Shown: piece after piece, positions 29,101 to 42,579 of the stretch
Layout: the number at the start of each line of letters is the position of its first letter
Position numbering within the stretch: the first letter of the stretch is position 1
Assembly (NCBI GenBank): GCA_044892525.1
Contig: CM097886.1
Location: 110,918,001-110,982,000, forward strand
DNA length: 64,000 nucleotides
Direction of reading: 5' to 3'
From: Schmidtea polychroa
Lineage: Eukaryota
Notes under the pieces: generated by a model
What the model saw: only the letters and a program-made list of their open reading frames with translations
What the model was told of the DNA's origin: nothing
Database searches by the model: none
Program-made: the position numbers and the translations under genes

Positions 29101-31390
29101 AAATTTTTTAGCATTTAGAATTTAATTTAATAATTTAAAATTTTTTTTATTAATTATTTATTTTAGAAAACAACTATCAATACATATAATATACAAAAAA
29201 TTATTTAAAAACATTTAAAACACAAGTATTCACTGCATTCTGCGCATTAATTTTCGGATTCAATGATTTTATCAATAACACATCACAAATTACACGTTCC
29301 CAATAATTATCGAAATTTTTTAATAAAATTTTAAAATGAGACACCTATTTTACTCTTACAGCTGTGGAGGATACCTAAATGATAAATAGCATAATAAATA
29401 ATTAAATTACTTGGGGGAAGATTGTCATGACAAACGGTACGATCTATGGAAACTCATAAAAGAAAACGGAAGTAAAAAGAAATGAAAAATGAGAAAGATA
29501 AAGAAAAAACAAACAAGAAATTAAAACAAACGTCGTTAATTAAAAAGTACAAACGAAGGAGGAATTTCAGATTGCAAAAAAACAAAAATATGGGGAAACC
29601 CATATCTTGACAGCCTGTCAAAGATAGCGAAATAGCAGGAAAAGTCGGCACAACATGAAAAGGGAAAAAAAGGGCATATCTCGATATCTGTCAGAGATAA
29701 GGCCTGACGTAGCGGGGAATACAGAGGAAAATGAAAAACAAAATCTGTCGCTAGTGCTACAAATGAAACGGGCTATATAAAGCGGAACTGTTGACCGAGA
29801 AATCAGACAAAAAATAAGAGATAAAAACCAAGATAGCGAGAAGAAAACGAGTTAAAAAGGAGAATCAAAATTTAAAGGAATAATTAAACAGACTTCATAA
29901 CAGAGTTAAACGAGAAGTGACGAGAATCTTTTGTAAAATTGAATATAAAGTGGAAGTGGAGTAAATAAATTTTTGGTCAAAGCAAAGAGAACAATCGATC
30001 AACGTAGCATGTAATTGAGTTGGTTGACGGTTAGTGATAATTGTTGTGGTTACAGAAATGGCTATTCTTCACGTAGTGTCGAAATAAGCTCTACGTGATA
30101 AATTGGTTGTAATTGAAATTTGTACGATCCAGTGTGAATATTAATAAAGCTTATCGTGTTCGAGAGTGTTAATTTGTGAATTAATAAACACGCTTTGGAG
30201 TAAAAATTTGAATTTACAAACGTTATCACCAACCCAATAACCCAAAACAGCCCTTATTGTGCTCACTAATATGGGTCAAAGCCCTAGGTCTATAATGTTC
30301 TTGAGCTCCAATACAGAGATGACGGAGGTCTCTCCAGTGTAAGTTTCGCGGTGGCGGTTGATTTTAAAAAAGTTTTACATTTCCTATTTATAAAAATGAA
30401 TTTAGACTACTAGATTAGATTTTGGGTGACTTAAAATATGGGTACGTAGATGAATTATTTTTTGTGGATTCATAAACAAACTGCGTAGTGTAAAGTTTGT
30501 TTTGTATGTTTAAAGAAGTTTTTAAAATTGAAATAGCGATTTTATATGAATATACTAAAAATATTCAAATTACAAATTAAAATATTGGTATCTATTTTTC
30601 AACTTAGTTATATTTTTTACTTTAAAATTATCTTTCAAACAAATTACCATTTCAAATATTACATAATAAGTTTACCAAAACTAAAATCATTGGAAAATAT
30701 GAACTAATAATCCATTGTGATTTTTTCAAACTCACCTCATAATTAATGTAATGTAATATTTCCATAAAAGTTAATTATTAAACTAATTCAAAGCAATGCT
30801 TTACATTATTTCAATTGATAAATATTACATTATTAATAATTGCAAAGTATATAATAAATATAAAGTTACCTTATAATTTGTAAATATTCACTTACTTTAA
30901 ATTTGATAGACTGTATCTCGAACTTTTTCAAATTTCTTTCTATTGTATTGACTGAATAGACAAAATTCTGAGGTTGTAGTTGATCTATATCTGGTTTATG
31001 AGTTTTTATATGACTTTCTATGGAAAGCAATTTCGATTTATAAAGACATCCTGTAAAAGGACAATTTACTAATAATTTCACTATTTTATTATTCAGTTCA
31101 TTCGATATTGTTAGACTATGTCTGCTAAATTCTTGTTGTTTGCATTTATCTGAATTCGATGGACAATGTTGAATACCATGAAGTAAGCAATTTGATGCAC
31201 ATTCAAAACAATATTTGCAACCACAGGTGTTTTGAGAAGCATTCTTCATTAATTTGTGACAAATTAAACACGTGTACTCTTCGATAGATTCGAAAAATTT
31301 GAAATTAAACATGTCAAGAAGCATCCATATATTCTTATAGTTAATATTTAATCTATACATATGATTTTTGGATCCTAGTTGATGATTCAT
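23762..31390 (-). CDS. TRAF: TRAF-like gene B (RING-ZnF-coiled coil-MATH); exons ~31390-30896, 28765-28637, 28594-28469, 28425-28213, 24394-23762
   Basis: RING CLIC..CGCKYCFEC..CP, Zn finger CPFTGC..H..H, MATH F.WKI.NF...FYS..GY.L.L..YPNG.G....YLSVF..GTHD..LEWP. GT-AG sites give an open all-phase-0 model; exact start uncertain. Confidence 0.8.
25140..26120 (-). mobile_element. Penelope-like retroelement 3' fragment (GIY-YIG endonuclease plus pLTR-type tail)
   Basis: ORF 25497-26120 with VYQFTC..C..TYIGET.RHL..RV.EH and E..I.EALLI..NP.IN; tail contains a degenerate hammerhead at 25221-25259. Confidence 0.88.
26120..26183. repeat. (TA)n microsatellite
   Basis: About 30 uninterrupted TA units. 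Confidence 0.95.
26220..26360. repeat. 141-bp near-perfect fold-back palindrome
   Basis: ~67-bp arms with one mismatch and one bulge around a 6-nt loop (26288-26293). Confidence 0.92.
26440..26959 (+). mobile_element. hAT (SPIN/Buster-like) 3' remnant
   Basis: ESAFSDMNLIKSEIRNSLTDIHLDQCL dimerization motif and the end TTGGGCAGGCCTG. Confidence 0.6.
27018..27960 (+). mobile_element. hAT 5' remnant with BED zinc finger
   Basis: Starts TAGGGTTTGCAATCCCGGGAT with CCCGGGAT subterminal repeats; APIWKYF...AKC..C...GST.GLH.H....H at ~27790-27925. Confidence 0.65.
28944..28982 (-). ncRNA. Minimal type I hammerhead ribozyme of a Penelope-like element
   Basis: CAC-CTGATGA-T-GACAG(GAATA)CTGTC-GAAA-TATA-TC-GTG: core, 5-bp stem II, palindromic ATATAT stem III, ATC cleavage triplet, 3-bp stem I. 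Confidence 0.8.
29363..30247. mobile_element. Solo LTR (885 bp)
   Basis: Starts TG; 4-bp TSD CAGC on both sides; homologous to 41503-42579; TATA- and AATAAA-like signals. The 3' CA appears decayed. Confidence 0.7.
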
Positions 31391-34300
31391 ATTTTAAAAG
31401 AAAAAAAATCTAATTTTTTTATTTAAATTATTATACGTTATTTGTATAATTCAAACAAAGATACTAATTAAAATAAAAATACTATTAATATTATTAAATC
31501 AAAAGATTTTTCACGAAAGAATATTTTTTCTTAAAAATTGAAAAAACGTGACAGAAAATTAATTCAGAACAGTTATGCAAATATAATTATGTAATATTTT
31601 GAATTTAATGAAGGTATTGTTTATCGAAAAGTATCTGTAGGGACATAAGATTAATATAAATATTTATTAGTTCACAGAAAACATTGAAAGGTTTAGTATC
31701 GAAATAAGTATCAGGAATTAGTGTCTGCAAAACGTATAAGGTATAAGAATAGTAGAATACTTATGTTGGTTACTTAGGGGTGTGTCATTTTTATATTTTA
31801 AATACGTTAGGGGTAATTTAGATATTCACTCGACTCTTTTCTAAGCACCTCCATGACTATTGCACCTTAAACCATTTGTGTACCCATGGCAACGACCATG
31901 TAGGTACTGTCAACAAAGGCGAAAAAACTAATTAGCAGGTGAGCTCTATTGCTAAAACTACTCCCCATTGTATTTTCTTTTCGGGTTCTAGACGGCCGAT
32001 AGAAGGTCTTACGTCATTAGTCATTTTCTATTTCTATTTCTTACTTTTCTATTTTATTCATCTATGGTCCTTATTTCTGGATGTTTTCTATTGTTTCTTT
32101 TCAAAATTTTGTGCAGGTATGCGCCCTTATTTTCCTGTCAGAAATCATTGTGTTTTCTATAATATTTGTCGATAATTTATTTCCCAGTCAATAAATGTCG
32201 TTCCATATTTTCGGCAGTTACTTAATTTTTATGTAACTTAATTTTTCAAAAATTTGAGTAAGGGTCTGCCCTTATTCCCAAGTTAATAAACATGTTCCCA
32301 CACTTCTTATAAAAATTTGAAATCTACCTTTATTTCTAATCCTGAACTATCGAATATCTTAACCATTCGTAGTTTCTATAAGATTGCCTATACCTACTTT
32401 ATCTACAGACAACTGGTCCTAACTATCTTATTATTACTCCCAACTCAGTGGTATCTATGAAAATAAAGGTGACTGAGCCGTCTTCTAATCATTTGCAAAA
32501 TTGCCTATCTACTACTGGTCTTTCTAACTTTCACGGTTCACTCGAAAACCACCGGTACAAGTACCGAATATTTTCGAACGACCGTGCCAGACGAATTGAC
32601 CACATTGCTATATTTTTATAAATTATCCAATGATCAAATAATTCTAAACATAAACAAACCACAAGAATTAATTAAAACAAATTCAATTAAAAATTTTATT
32701 AATTCATAAAATTATATAACATTAGATTTAACAACAAAAATAAATACAATACCAATATTAACGAAAATTAACTTCAATTTAAAATAACATTAGACTTAAC
32801 AAAATTACATTACACATACAAAGAATCAAATTTACCTTACCGCGATGGCATACACCGAAAATTGAGAGCTCCTGATAACGTCTGGTGAAATTGTAAATTT
32901 CTGGTTGAACCAGTTCTTAAACTGAAATTTCAATCCGTATTTATACTGATTGAATTGTACGCTACGCATTCTCTGCTACTATATCCAATTAGAATGCGAG
33001 GCAATTCTGATTAATTTTTGCATGCATGCATGGATGTGTGCAATTATTTATTTTTTAATTTAATTAATTTAATCAATCAAAATTCTAATTTTTATTAATT
33101 TTTAAGGTTTATTTTTATAATTCTATAATTTAAATAGTTTTTGCTAATTTTAATTTAGTTTTACAAGTTTTAATAATTTAATAAGTTTAGTTAGTTTTAT
33201 TTTAGTTTCATTGATTTAAACAATTTGGTTTTATAAATTTTATAATTTAAATAATTTTGTTGGTTTTATTTTTAGTTTTCATTAAACAATTTAGGTTTAT
33301 ATATTTTATGGTTTATCTAATTTTACTACTGTTATTCTACTTTTTATCATTTTATCCGTTTACCAGATATTTTATTTTAAATTTATTTATTTAAAAATTT
33401 TCCATATTATTAATTTATTTATTACCCATTATTTTATTTATTATTATTTTATTTTTTAGTTGTTAGCTATTCCGAATGCGATAGTTCTCCTAACTGTGTT
33501 AGTGATCGCGAGCTTTTTTGCGTTCCTTTATTTTATTACCCGGGTCTTATTTATCATCAATGTGTTGTGTATTTTAATTTGTATTGATTGGTGTTTTAAT
33601 TTAACTTGGTGCGAATTTTATGTTATATATTTTTGATTTATTAAAACAAGCTCTCAATTCTCGGTTCTAGCCCAACACTTATTATGTACTGTAAAATGTA
33701 TTGTAGTAACTAGTTTTGTTTATTGAAAGAATATACTTTGAAAGTATATACTTCTAACTTGAGAAAGACAATATTATATTTTTTGTTTGATTAATAAATA
33801 TTTTAAAGTTAGTATTAGTGGACTGCCGATAGAAGGCTTGTGTACGAGTTTCATTTAGGTCCCCTTTCCGATAATCACTTGTACCAAAGATTCGGCCCTT
33901 ATCATAATATCGCCGCTTAATCAACGAAAATAACTGTTTAAATACAAGAATAAAGTTATTTGAAAGAAATCAAGGTTATACACATATTTATGACTGTTGG
34001 TCCTTGGTGGTGATCAATTTTCGATGCATCTTAAGCAGTGGCCGTTCTGCTTTCCTGCTTCTTTTTCTCGATTACTGGTCATCGTTTAGCAATTTCCATC
34101 ATATCTGTCGTCACTGGTCGAATCTGTTTGGTCAATTCTTGGTCAATGGTTCTCTGTTTTATTTGCGTCTCCAGCTGTCAAACTTTGAGCCGGAGCGCTT
34201 TCATCTAAATTTGATCCTGCGTACTTTGAAGTTGTAGTTGTTGAATCTATTCCAACTTCCTCTGCATATCTGTGAGAATGATCCAGGTGCTCTCGATCTT

Positions 34301-37300
34301 CTTGCACATCACATGAACTTGATAATCCGAGGTTTCAGCTCTGCCACTTGTTTTAGCGAGGCCTCCTTATCGGACCTCAAGTTTTCCATTAATTGGATTA
34401 CGGAAAGAGAAACATAAACGTTAATTTGCAAAGGTATCTGTTTCTTAATTTAATTCTCCAATAAGATGTGTCATATTTTCGATAACTCATCTGTTCATAT
34501 CGTTCCCTATCGCTGACACCACCTTAATCTGACTCTATTTCATATTATTATTTAAACCGAGCTTAACTGTAACTGAGTCGGGTTGTTTATTTTTGCTTTG
34601 TATAGCCTTGATTTATTAAGATCTTTTGTGTCTGGCACCATAATTCCGTGTTCATCCTTTGCAACATCGTCATTCCCATCACCCTCAACAATACATCAGC
34701 AAACCCCGATGATTCACTTTTGTCTCAAAAGAAAAAGAAAGGGAACAAAATAAATCGATTTAATCAGTGCACGTCACTATCAATCCCATCTACTCTGATA
34801 CAAATTGACTTTCCACCAAATCAGGGTTGGCCGGCGGGTCGACAATCATAAAATATAATGGCCGTCCTTCCATTTACGGGGTCGTCCACGCTTGAGAGAG
34901 GATTCTTCATAAAACCAAGATATTTTCTTGTAACGGTATCATAAAAAAATCATAAAAAAATCATAAAAAAAATAAGTTATAATTTACTATAGAGAATTAC
35001 AAAAAAAATCGAAATTATAAACTTCCAGAAGCAAAAAGAAAACGAAATTTCAAAAACGAAGAAAAAAAGAATTAAAAACAGACAAATCCTAGCTAGAATA
35101 CTAAAATACAGGATAAAGATTTATTCCCTACGTTAGACTATCTAATTATAACCGGATATAAAGAAAAGATTTTAGTTCAATTTCTTTTTAAAGCAATTCC
35201 CAAAACCAATTCCGAACAGAACTGAAATTTCAATATCTCAGATAACAAAGGCAAATAAGCTTCCTAGAAAACAAAGAGATATTTCCACTGCCATAATTGA
35301 TTTAATGCAATAATTAGTAGATAAATTAACTAATATATGTAAATAGATTTGAGCATCTTACATACCATCCTTACAAATATATTATTACCCTTTCAGGAAA
35401 AAGTAATTATGCTATTTGCATTTACCTATGATATTTATTTCTAGATGTAGTTACAATCGGGTCATTCCCCGTAATTTAGGTGTGGTAATCCAATTATAAA
35501 AAAAATATTAAAATAATAAACAAAAATGTATTATTAACAATGGTATTTACATAAATAATCGTCCTTACTTTTAAAATAATTAGAGTCGACTAAATTAAAA
35601 TTCTTGTCATAAAAGAATGATTTGTGAACGAAATGCATCGGTATATATACCCTAATTTAGATGTGCAAGTATGTGTGCGTGCATTGGTTCAGTAAAACAA
35701 ATTAAAATTATTTCAATTCTAGTTAATTTTTAATCCTAATTTTTATTGATTTTAATGGCGAATTTTTATAAATTAGTATTAATTTTATTTTCAAATTTTT
35801 ATTTTTGATTTATTCTTTATTAGATTTGCCGCTAGGGCGTTTCCATAGCATTCCATGATGTTTTGTGATATTGTCAATATTAAATTCTTATTTTCGGTAA
35901 ATTTTCTGTTGGTTCTTTTTACTTTTTATTAATTTTTTTACTTAAATGTTTTCTTTTGTTGACTTTGTAAACTGTTTGGCAGCCATGATGGATTTCGCCG
36001 TTTTTATGGATTTGTTGGGTTTTATGATACTAAGAAGTCGATCGTTGGTTACTGACCCATGTGTCCCAAAAATTGATAAATACTAACTCCCAACGTATAT
36101 TTGTTTTATAGAACATTTACAATTTTCAATAAATAATTACAACGTTTAGTTAACCACGAATTTGGTCGCAATTTCTGATCGAACTCCGCTCTGGAAGGTG
36201 CGATTTGAAAATAAGTTTCACCTTTTTATTTGATTCCACCCTCTAATCCGAACTTCTTTAATATTCCTTTTTCTAACTCTTCAGTTCCTCTTATAATTCC
36301 CGTTTAGTTCTTAACTTTATTCCTCAATCTCCTATTGTCAATTTCTTCTTCCCTATTTGAGGCTACTGCCGATTATCTGAATTTGAAGTTTCCTTATATA
36401 CAAGCGTTGTGATTGCCCCATTTTTGACCTAATTGGTTTTGACTTCCTTAGTTATCATTCTCTAATTAGTTATTTCTGTTGACCCTCTTAGTAATTCCCC
36501 TTCTTTTGTTTACCTTAGTTTATCCGGCTGTTTCGGTAATTGCCCTCTAAATTCCCAGTTTTTTATTCTCCCAAATTGCCGCGCTCAGATTTTCTTCATC
36601 GCTCGGGTTCTTCATTGGCTCGGACTTCCCATTAGCTCGGGTTTCCCATTAGCCAATTAATTAATTAATTAATATTTTGTGATTTTTCAATTTGGTTGTT
36701 TTACGATCCTTTCTAAACATTTTCTAACAATTTCGTGGTCACTGTCTTTTTCACCATTCCAAAATCTACCTCACTCCCACTTCCAGCTTCAATTTCGATA
36801 ACATTTCACTTTATTTTACTTCATCAGGTTTGCACATTTTTCCATTTCGTGTCTGACTGTAGCCTTTTATAGTCCTGTTTTTATCATATCTTTCTTTGCC
36901 ATTACTTCTCTACTTGACCGCCATTCTTTTTCGTTCAATTTCAGTTTTCTTTTTATTCGGAACTATTCAATTTGATACAATTTAATAATTTACTTTTAAA
37001 ACCTCAACAGATTGTTATGGGTTTTTACTTATATTTTGCTGTAATTTTGTTTCTCCATTGCTTTTTGTCGTTATTTTATGGAAATCTTTTTGGTTTCCGT
37101 TTTTAAATTTTCTTCATCGTTGTTAATTCGAATCTGTTTACTGGAGTTATGTGTTCATGTTGTGTCTGTGGTTTTATGCAATACTTTTAATTTGGGTTTG
37201 TTACTTTTGTGTGATGTGAGCTTAATTAAAACCAAATTAATAACACATAAGACACTATTACTGTCATTTATAGTAGAAGTAAGAAATAATATTACATAAT

Positions 37301-39038
37301 AATTGTTAAATAAATCAAAAGTTACAATTTTCTATTATCTATTTTTAGCCATAACAGTTCAAATATTTATCTCTTTAAGATCGATGACTAATATGTAATA
37401 ATGAACATGAAATATGAGACATGTTTCAGACACACAATACATACACACACGCATCAAACCATTCACGATAATTATTAATTAGGTATTTTAATTATTAGAT
37501 TATTTATATTCCTCTGCTTTAAAATGCTTTTACTATTCAATATTCCGAATGATCGTAGGACCTGAATTATTAACATTTCATAATGGTTTTCATGTATTTT
37601 CTTTGTCATTTCCATGCGACATCTGTATTGATTATCATCTTTATTTTGTAACATCTATTTTAAATAATGTTTTATCTCCAATGTTGAACGCTCTATGAAT
37701 TATTTTTATGATTGTCATAACGATTAGTGTTAACGGCTCTTTAATTTCTGGTATTACTTGCTGTTGCTTCCCGTTGATACTTTCGATATAATCTGGTATG
37801 TATTATTTTTCTGTTATTTCTCGTTGTACGTAACAATGTTTGTTTATGCGTTTGCCAAATATAATTTCTACTTGAGAATGTTCAATAGTTTTCTGAACTG
37901 TGGCATTTAATTTATATTCTATTTGTGATAGTGCATCTTCCTAGTTTTTATAAAACATCATAAATTCAACATTGTATCCAATCTCGTATTTTTGAAATTG
38001 TCTTTCCACCTGGCCATTTGTCTGGTGATGAGCTAGTAAACTCCATTGATTCAAAACATTTTACTCTGTCTACGTAGATTATCTTTGGTGAACAAGATTT
38101 TATTATCTACTTATTTAATAAAATGTTACACACCATGCTTTCATTATGGACTTTAAAAACTTCTAAAACAATATACTTACTGAAATGGTCAATCATATCC
38201 ATGATATACTTTTTCCCACTAAACGTTATTTTAAATTGACCACAAAAATCAATGAAAAAACTTTCACATGGTTCATTTGATGATAATCTATGAACAATTT
38301 CAAGTGTTTTTGATGTTAAAACTTTTTGTTTCTGACAAATTTCACAAGCATTTATCATAATTTTAGTGATTTCATCTACTAACGGAACAAAAAATATATT
38401 TCTTATGTAATCTTAAGTCTTTGTGAAGTTCTTTTGTAAAGTTCTTTGTGAATTTTTTCTATAATCAAATTTTCACTTAACAAATATTTGGCTGGTTGCC
38501 ACGATAGTATTGTATTTTTAACCTTTTCGATTTCATCGTCTTTATTTTGTCACTTTAATATGCCTCCACTATTGGTCATTGCTAAAAATCGAGTTCTCAT
38601 ATTTTCCACTCTTGTCTCTGGATGATTGAGATTTAAACTGTGAGGAGTGGATGATTGTAGATAAAGCATCTGCATTGAAATGTAATTCACCTTTGCGATA
38701 TTCTACTTTCATATTCGAACTACTCAAAAGTTTATTCAATTTTGAAATTGGACTGTTATTGGTTTCTTTGTTGTCGTCATAAAAGTTATAGCTTTGTGAT
38801 CAGTGAATTTTCTTCTATAAATGTAGTGTTTGAAATGTTGTGTAAAGTGAAACAATTCTTTTTTTATAATGCAATAACCAATCTCATGAGTATTCAAACT
38901 CTTAGAATCATAAGCGTCTTCATTATTGAAACTATTTCTTTTTGATAATATGCCATCTATGGTGTACAAACTAACATCTGTATTGTTATGGGTTGTTTCT
39001 TAATTACATATTCGTACGTTATACATAGGTTGCAATTA

Positions 39039-39655
39039 CCGTAATTATCCGAATATAAGACGCATCCAATATAAGACGCATCATTAAAAATTGACTGAAT
39101 TCAAGAAAATATAAGTAACCCAAATATAAGACGCATGTATAATTATTACATTAAATTTATATTACATTAAATTTATTTTTTGTTTAAAATTAAAATTTCA
39201 GTTACTTAAATTTAAATTTTTATTTCCCTATAATGTCTTCTAAACGCTGCAGTTATACGACAGGTTTCAAATTGAAGGTAATTGAAGCAGCCGAACGTAT
39301 CGGAAATAGAGGAGCATCTAGAGAATATGGACTCAGTGAAGCTAATGTAAGGCATTGGAGAAATAATAAAAATACTTTAAAAGAGTGCAGATCCTCTACA
39401 AAGGCCCCTGGCAGACGGAGGAAATTATTTTTTCCTGACGTGGAGAAAAAATTAGTTGAAGCACAAGAAAATGGATGGATGAATGAGGAGTTGACTAAGG
39501 ATTGGATTAAGACTATTTGGTGTAATGATAGAAAAGATGAATTTCGAAATTCAAGGAGGTTACTGGTATTAGACGCATTTAGATTTAGATACGCACCACG
39601 ATTATCATCCCCAAAAGTGATGAAAAAAAAGCGTCTTATATTCGGATAATTACGG
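39039..39655 (+). mobile_element. pogo-family internally deleted element (617 bp)
   Basis: Perfect 25-bp TIR CCGTAATTATCCGAATATAAGACGC, TA TSD, and a Brinker-type HTH fused to a DDE fragment (ENGWMNEEL...LVLDAF). Confidence 0.92.
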
Positions 39656-41502
39656 TAAATATTTGTATATAGTTATAAGTATGTATATTATATTTATGTT
39701 TGTTTGTGCGTGTTTATTAGAGTCGATAGTCACCTATATAAATATGTTGCGGGACAATCGGGTGAGTGTGTGTAGTTCGAGCAGCAATACAGATAAGAAT
39801 AAAATCAAAATATGAAATTAAAAGTAATGAACTAACGAATTATAATTCCAACTTTTATTAACAATAAGAAAAAATTAGTACTTTATAAAACTTTCGGTTG
39901 ACTTTATCATCTATCGTACAGAATTGCAATCTTTCTTTTTATTTAAGAATTACTTTACCTTTCAAATATATAGTTTTCGGGTGGTTTAGTTCTAATTACT
40001 ATTTAGAACAGTCTGCAACTTTATATTTGTTTTGGAGTTTTACAACACTTTCGGACGACTTTATCTAGTATAGATCTAGATTGTAATCTTCCTTCTTCTT
40101 TAATAATTATCCTGCCTTCCAAATTTAAGATCTTTGGGTGGCCTAGTTCTTCTTGTTATTAAGACCAGTCTTCTACTTTATATTTGTTTAGGATTTCCGC
40201 AAAGTGTATTTTTAGTTTTGGCTTGCTGGATCTTTCTATTATAACTTTTAATTGATTTTTTCTTTCAATTCTCTATAGCGATAATGGTAAATTATCACTA
40301 TATAGTTTTTATAATTTTTTTTCGCACGTAACACGCGACGATCAAAACAACAAGCCGTTCTAAATCTTAATAAACAATAAAAAAATATAATATAACAATA
40401 CATTACATGTATCAAGGATGAATTCTTTTCCGAAATCCGGATGTACCAGTATTGGTGCCTTGACCATCTGATATTTAATTTTGTCAAAAACGTTTTCACA
40501 CTCATCAGACTATTAAATTTAATCTTTAGTAGACGTATTTAATTTTTCTAACGGTCGGGATATACTTGAATAGTTTTTAATAAATTTCTGGTAATAGTTC
40601 GTTAATCCTAAAAGACTACGAATGCGTTTTACAAAATGAGGTTTTTTAAAATCAATCATGGTACTAATTTTTTCAGGGTCAGTTTTAACACCTTTTTATC
40701 TTGTGTCCCAGAAATTTTAATTCTGTTACTAAAAATTTACATTTATCGAAATTTACTTTCAACCCTGAATCTTTAATTCTTTTAAATAATATTCCAATAC
40801 GTTTTTTGTGTTCATTAATCGTCTTGGAAAAAATTACAATGTCATCTAAAGATTCCAGCTCATCCTTCCACATCATATCTCCAACGATGAAATACATTAG
40901 TCTATTACAATAATGTCTATTACAACAATACTGTCCATATTTTGTTTAAAACACTGTTTTTTCTTTTGATTATTCCTCAAGTTCAACTTGATTGTAAGCA
41001 TTTTCTAAATTGATTGAACTTAAATTCATAGACCCATATAATGATTATTCTTTATACAAATTCATTAACATTAAGATTTGGAAATGCCGGCCTGATAGTG
41101 TTTTCATTTAATAATTTAAAGTCTAAGCACATTCGAATATCATTTGTATTTTTCTTCGCAACACAAATAATCGGTGATCTCCAAGGGAATTCATATTTCC
41201 TTATAATTACATTATTCTTCGAGTTTTCTATTATTTCTTTAAATTTATTCTCGTAATTTATGGGTTGTCTTCTTCGTTTAAAAATTACTGGATTTAAATT
41301 TGTTTGTATTTTATGCTTTAAAATATATGTTAGGTCTATGTCCCATTAATTCAACATAAATAGATTTGGAAAACTCTTTATTATTTTTATTAACTCTTGT
41401 GACCGGAAATATCTTTCATTTTAATCAATTTTTCAAAATCATTTTTATCAATTCTTTTATTTTCAAAATTCCCTTCAAAGCTTAATAAACATTTATTATT
41501 GA

Positions 41503-42579
41503 TGTTGAGGATACCTAAATAACAAATTTATGAATAAATAAATAAAATTACTTGTTGGAAAATCGTCATGACAAACGGACGATCTATAAAAAACTCGGAA
41601 AAGAAAACGGAAGTAAAAAGGAATGAAAAATGAGGAATGAAACAAAAGAAATCAGACAAGAAAACAAAAACAAAGGTTAGTGCTAACTATTAAATCAAAA
41701 GGAAAAGGAATTTCAAATCGGGAAAAAAACTAAAATAACAACAATGTAATTATCTCGACAGCTTGTCAGATATAGCGGAAACAAAAATAAGACGGGCCAG
41801 ATCGGCAAAAAGGGAAAACTAGAAAATATCTTGACAGCTGTCAAAGATAACTCTATTGCAGGGAAAAAGTCAGGGAATTATGTTGTAGGAAAAATTGGAA
41901 ATTGAAGATAAACTGAAGTGCCACAAAGTGACGGGGTATAAAAGGAGGAAGCACAGCAGAAGTAGATAGAACAATTAAGAGAGAACAATTACAAGAACAG
42001 TTAGGAGAAGAAATAGTTGAAGAATATTGACGGGGAAACAATTAAAGGAGAATATTTGCGAGGAAACATTTACGTCAGAATATTGTTGAATATTGTGGAA
42101 CAGAGTTTCGACATAAGATTTGAGACATAATATTGCGAAAAGGTCAGAATAATTGAAATAATACGACAATTATTTGGAGAAATTGATGAGAATTGAAGCA
42201 GAGAAAATTAAAGAGAAAACAGAAATAAAGGGATAAGCAGCAAGAGCTTATTCAGTTAATAATAGAGTAAAGTTAGGAGAGTAAATCCAAGTCAAACTAC
42301 AAAAACAGCCAGTTGAATTACCAATTGTTATACTCCTCAGTTGTGATAGATTTGTCAAATCAAGGTTATACGTGTGCTATTCTTCACCATAGTGCTGTAA
42401 TAAGCACTGTATAATCGGTAGTTAGCTTGTTGAGCCAATTGTATCATTGTGAAAATATTTGTGATATTCAATAAAGTTTTCAGTGTTAATTGTTATTTGT
42501 GGGTAAAACGAAAGGTACACTTGGAGTCAGAGAAACAATTCATTACATTTAAATTTCACCAACGACCAATAACCAAACA
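41503..42579. mobile_element. Solo LTR related to 29363-30247
   Basis: TGTTG...AAACA ends; shares GAGGATACCTAAAT, GTCATGACAAACGG and AAAAGAAAACGGAAGTAAAAAG with the first copy. No TSD seen. Confidence 0.65.

Larger units (their letters stand above)
28900..30350 (-). mobile_element. Second, more decayed Penelope-like fragment interrupted by a solo LTR
   Basis: 29200-29362 and 30250-30345 align with the GIY-YIG ORF at 25500-25760; tail carries a hammerhead. Confidence 0.75.

Noticed and set aside
34500-34650. PBS-like TGGTGTCAG / TGGTGCCAG motifs as the start of an intact LTR element
   Set aside because: Could not identify a matching LTR pair or continuous gag/pol nearby.
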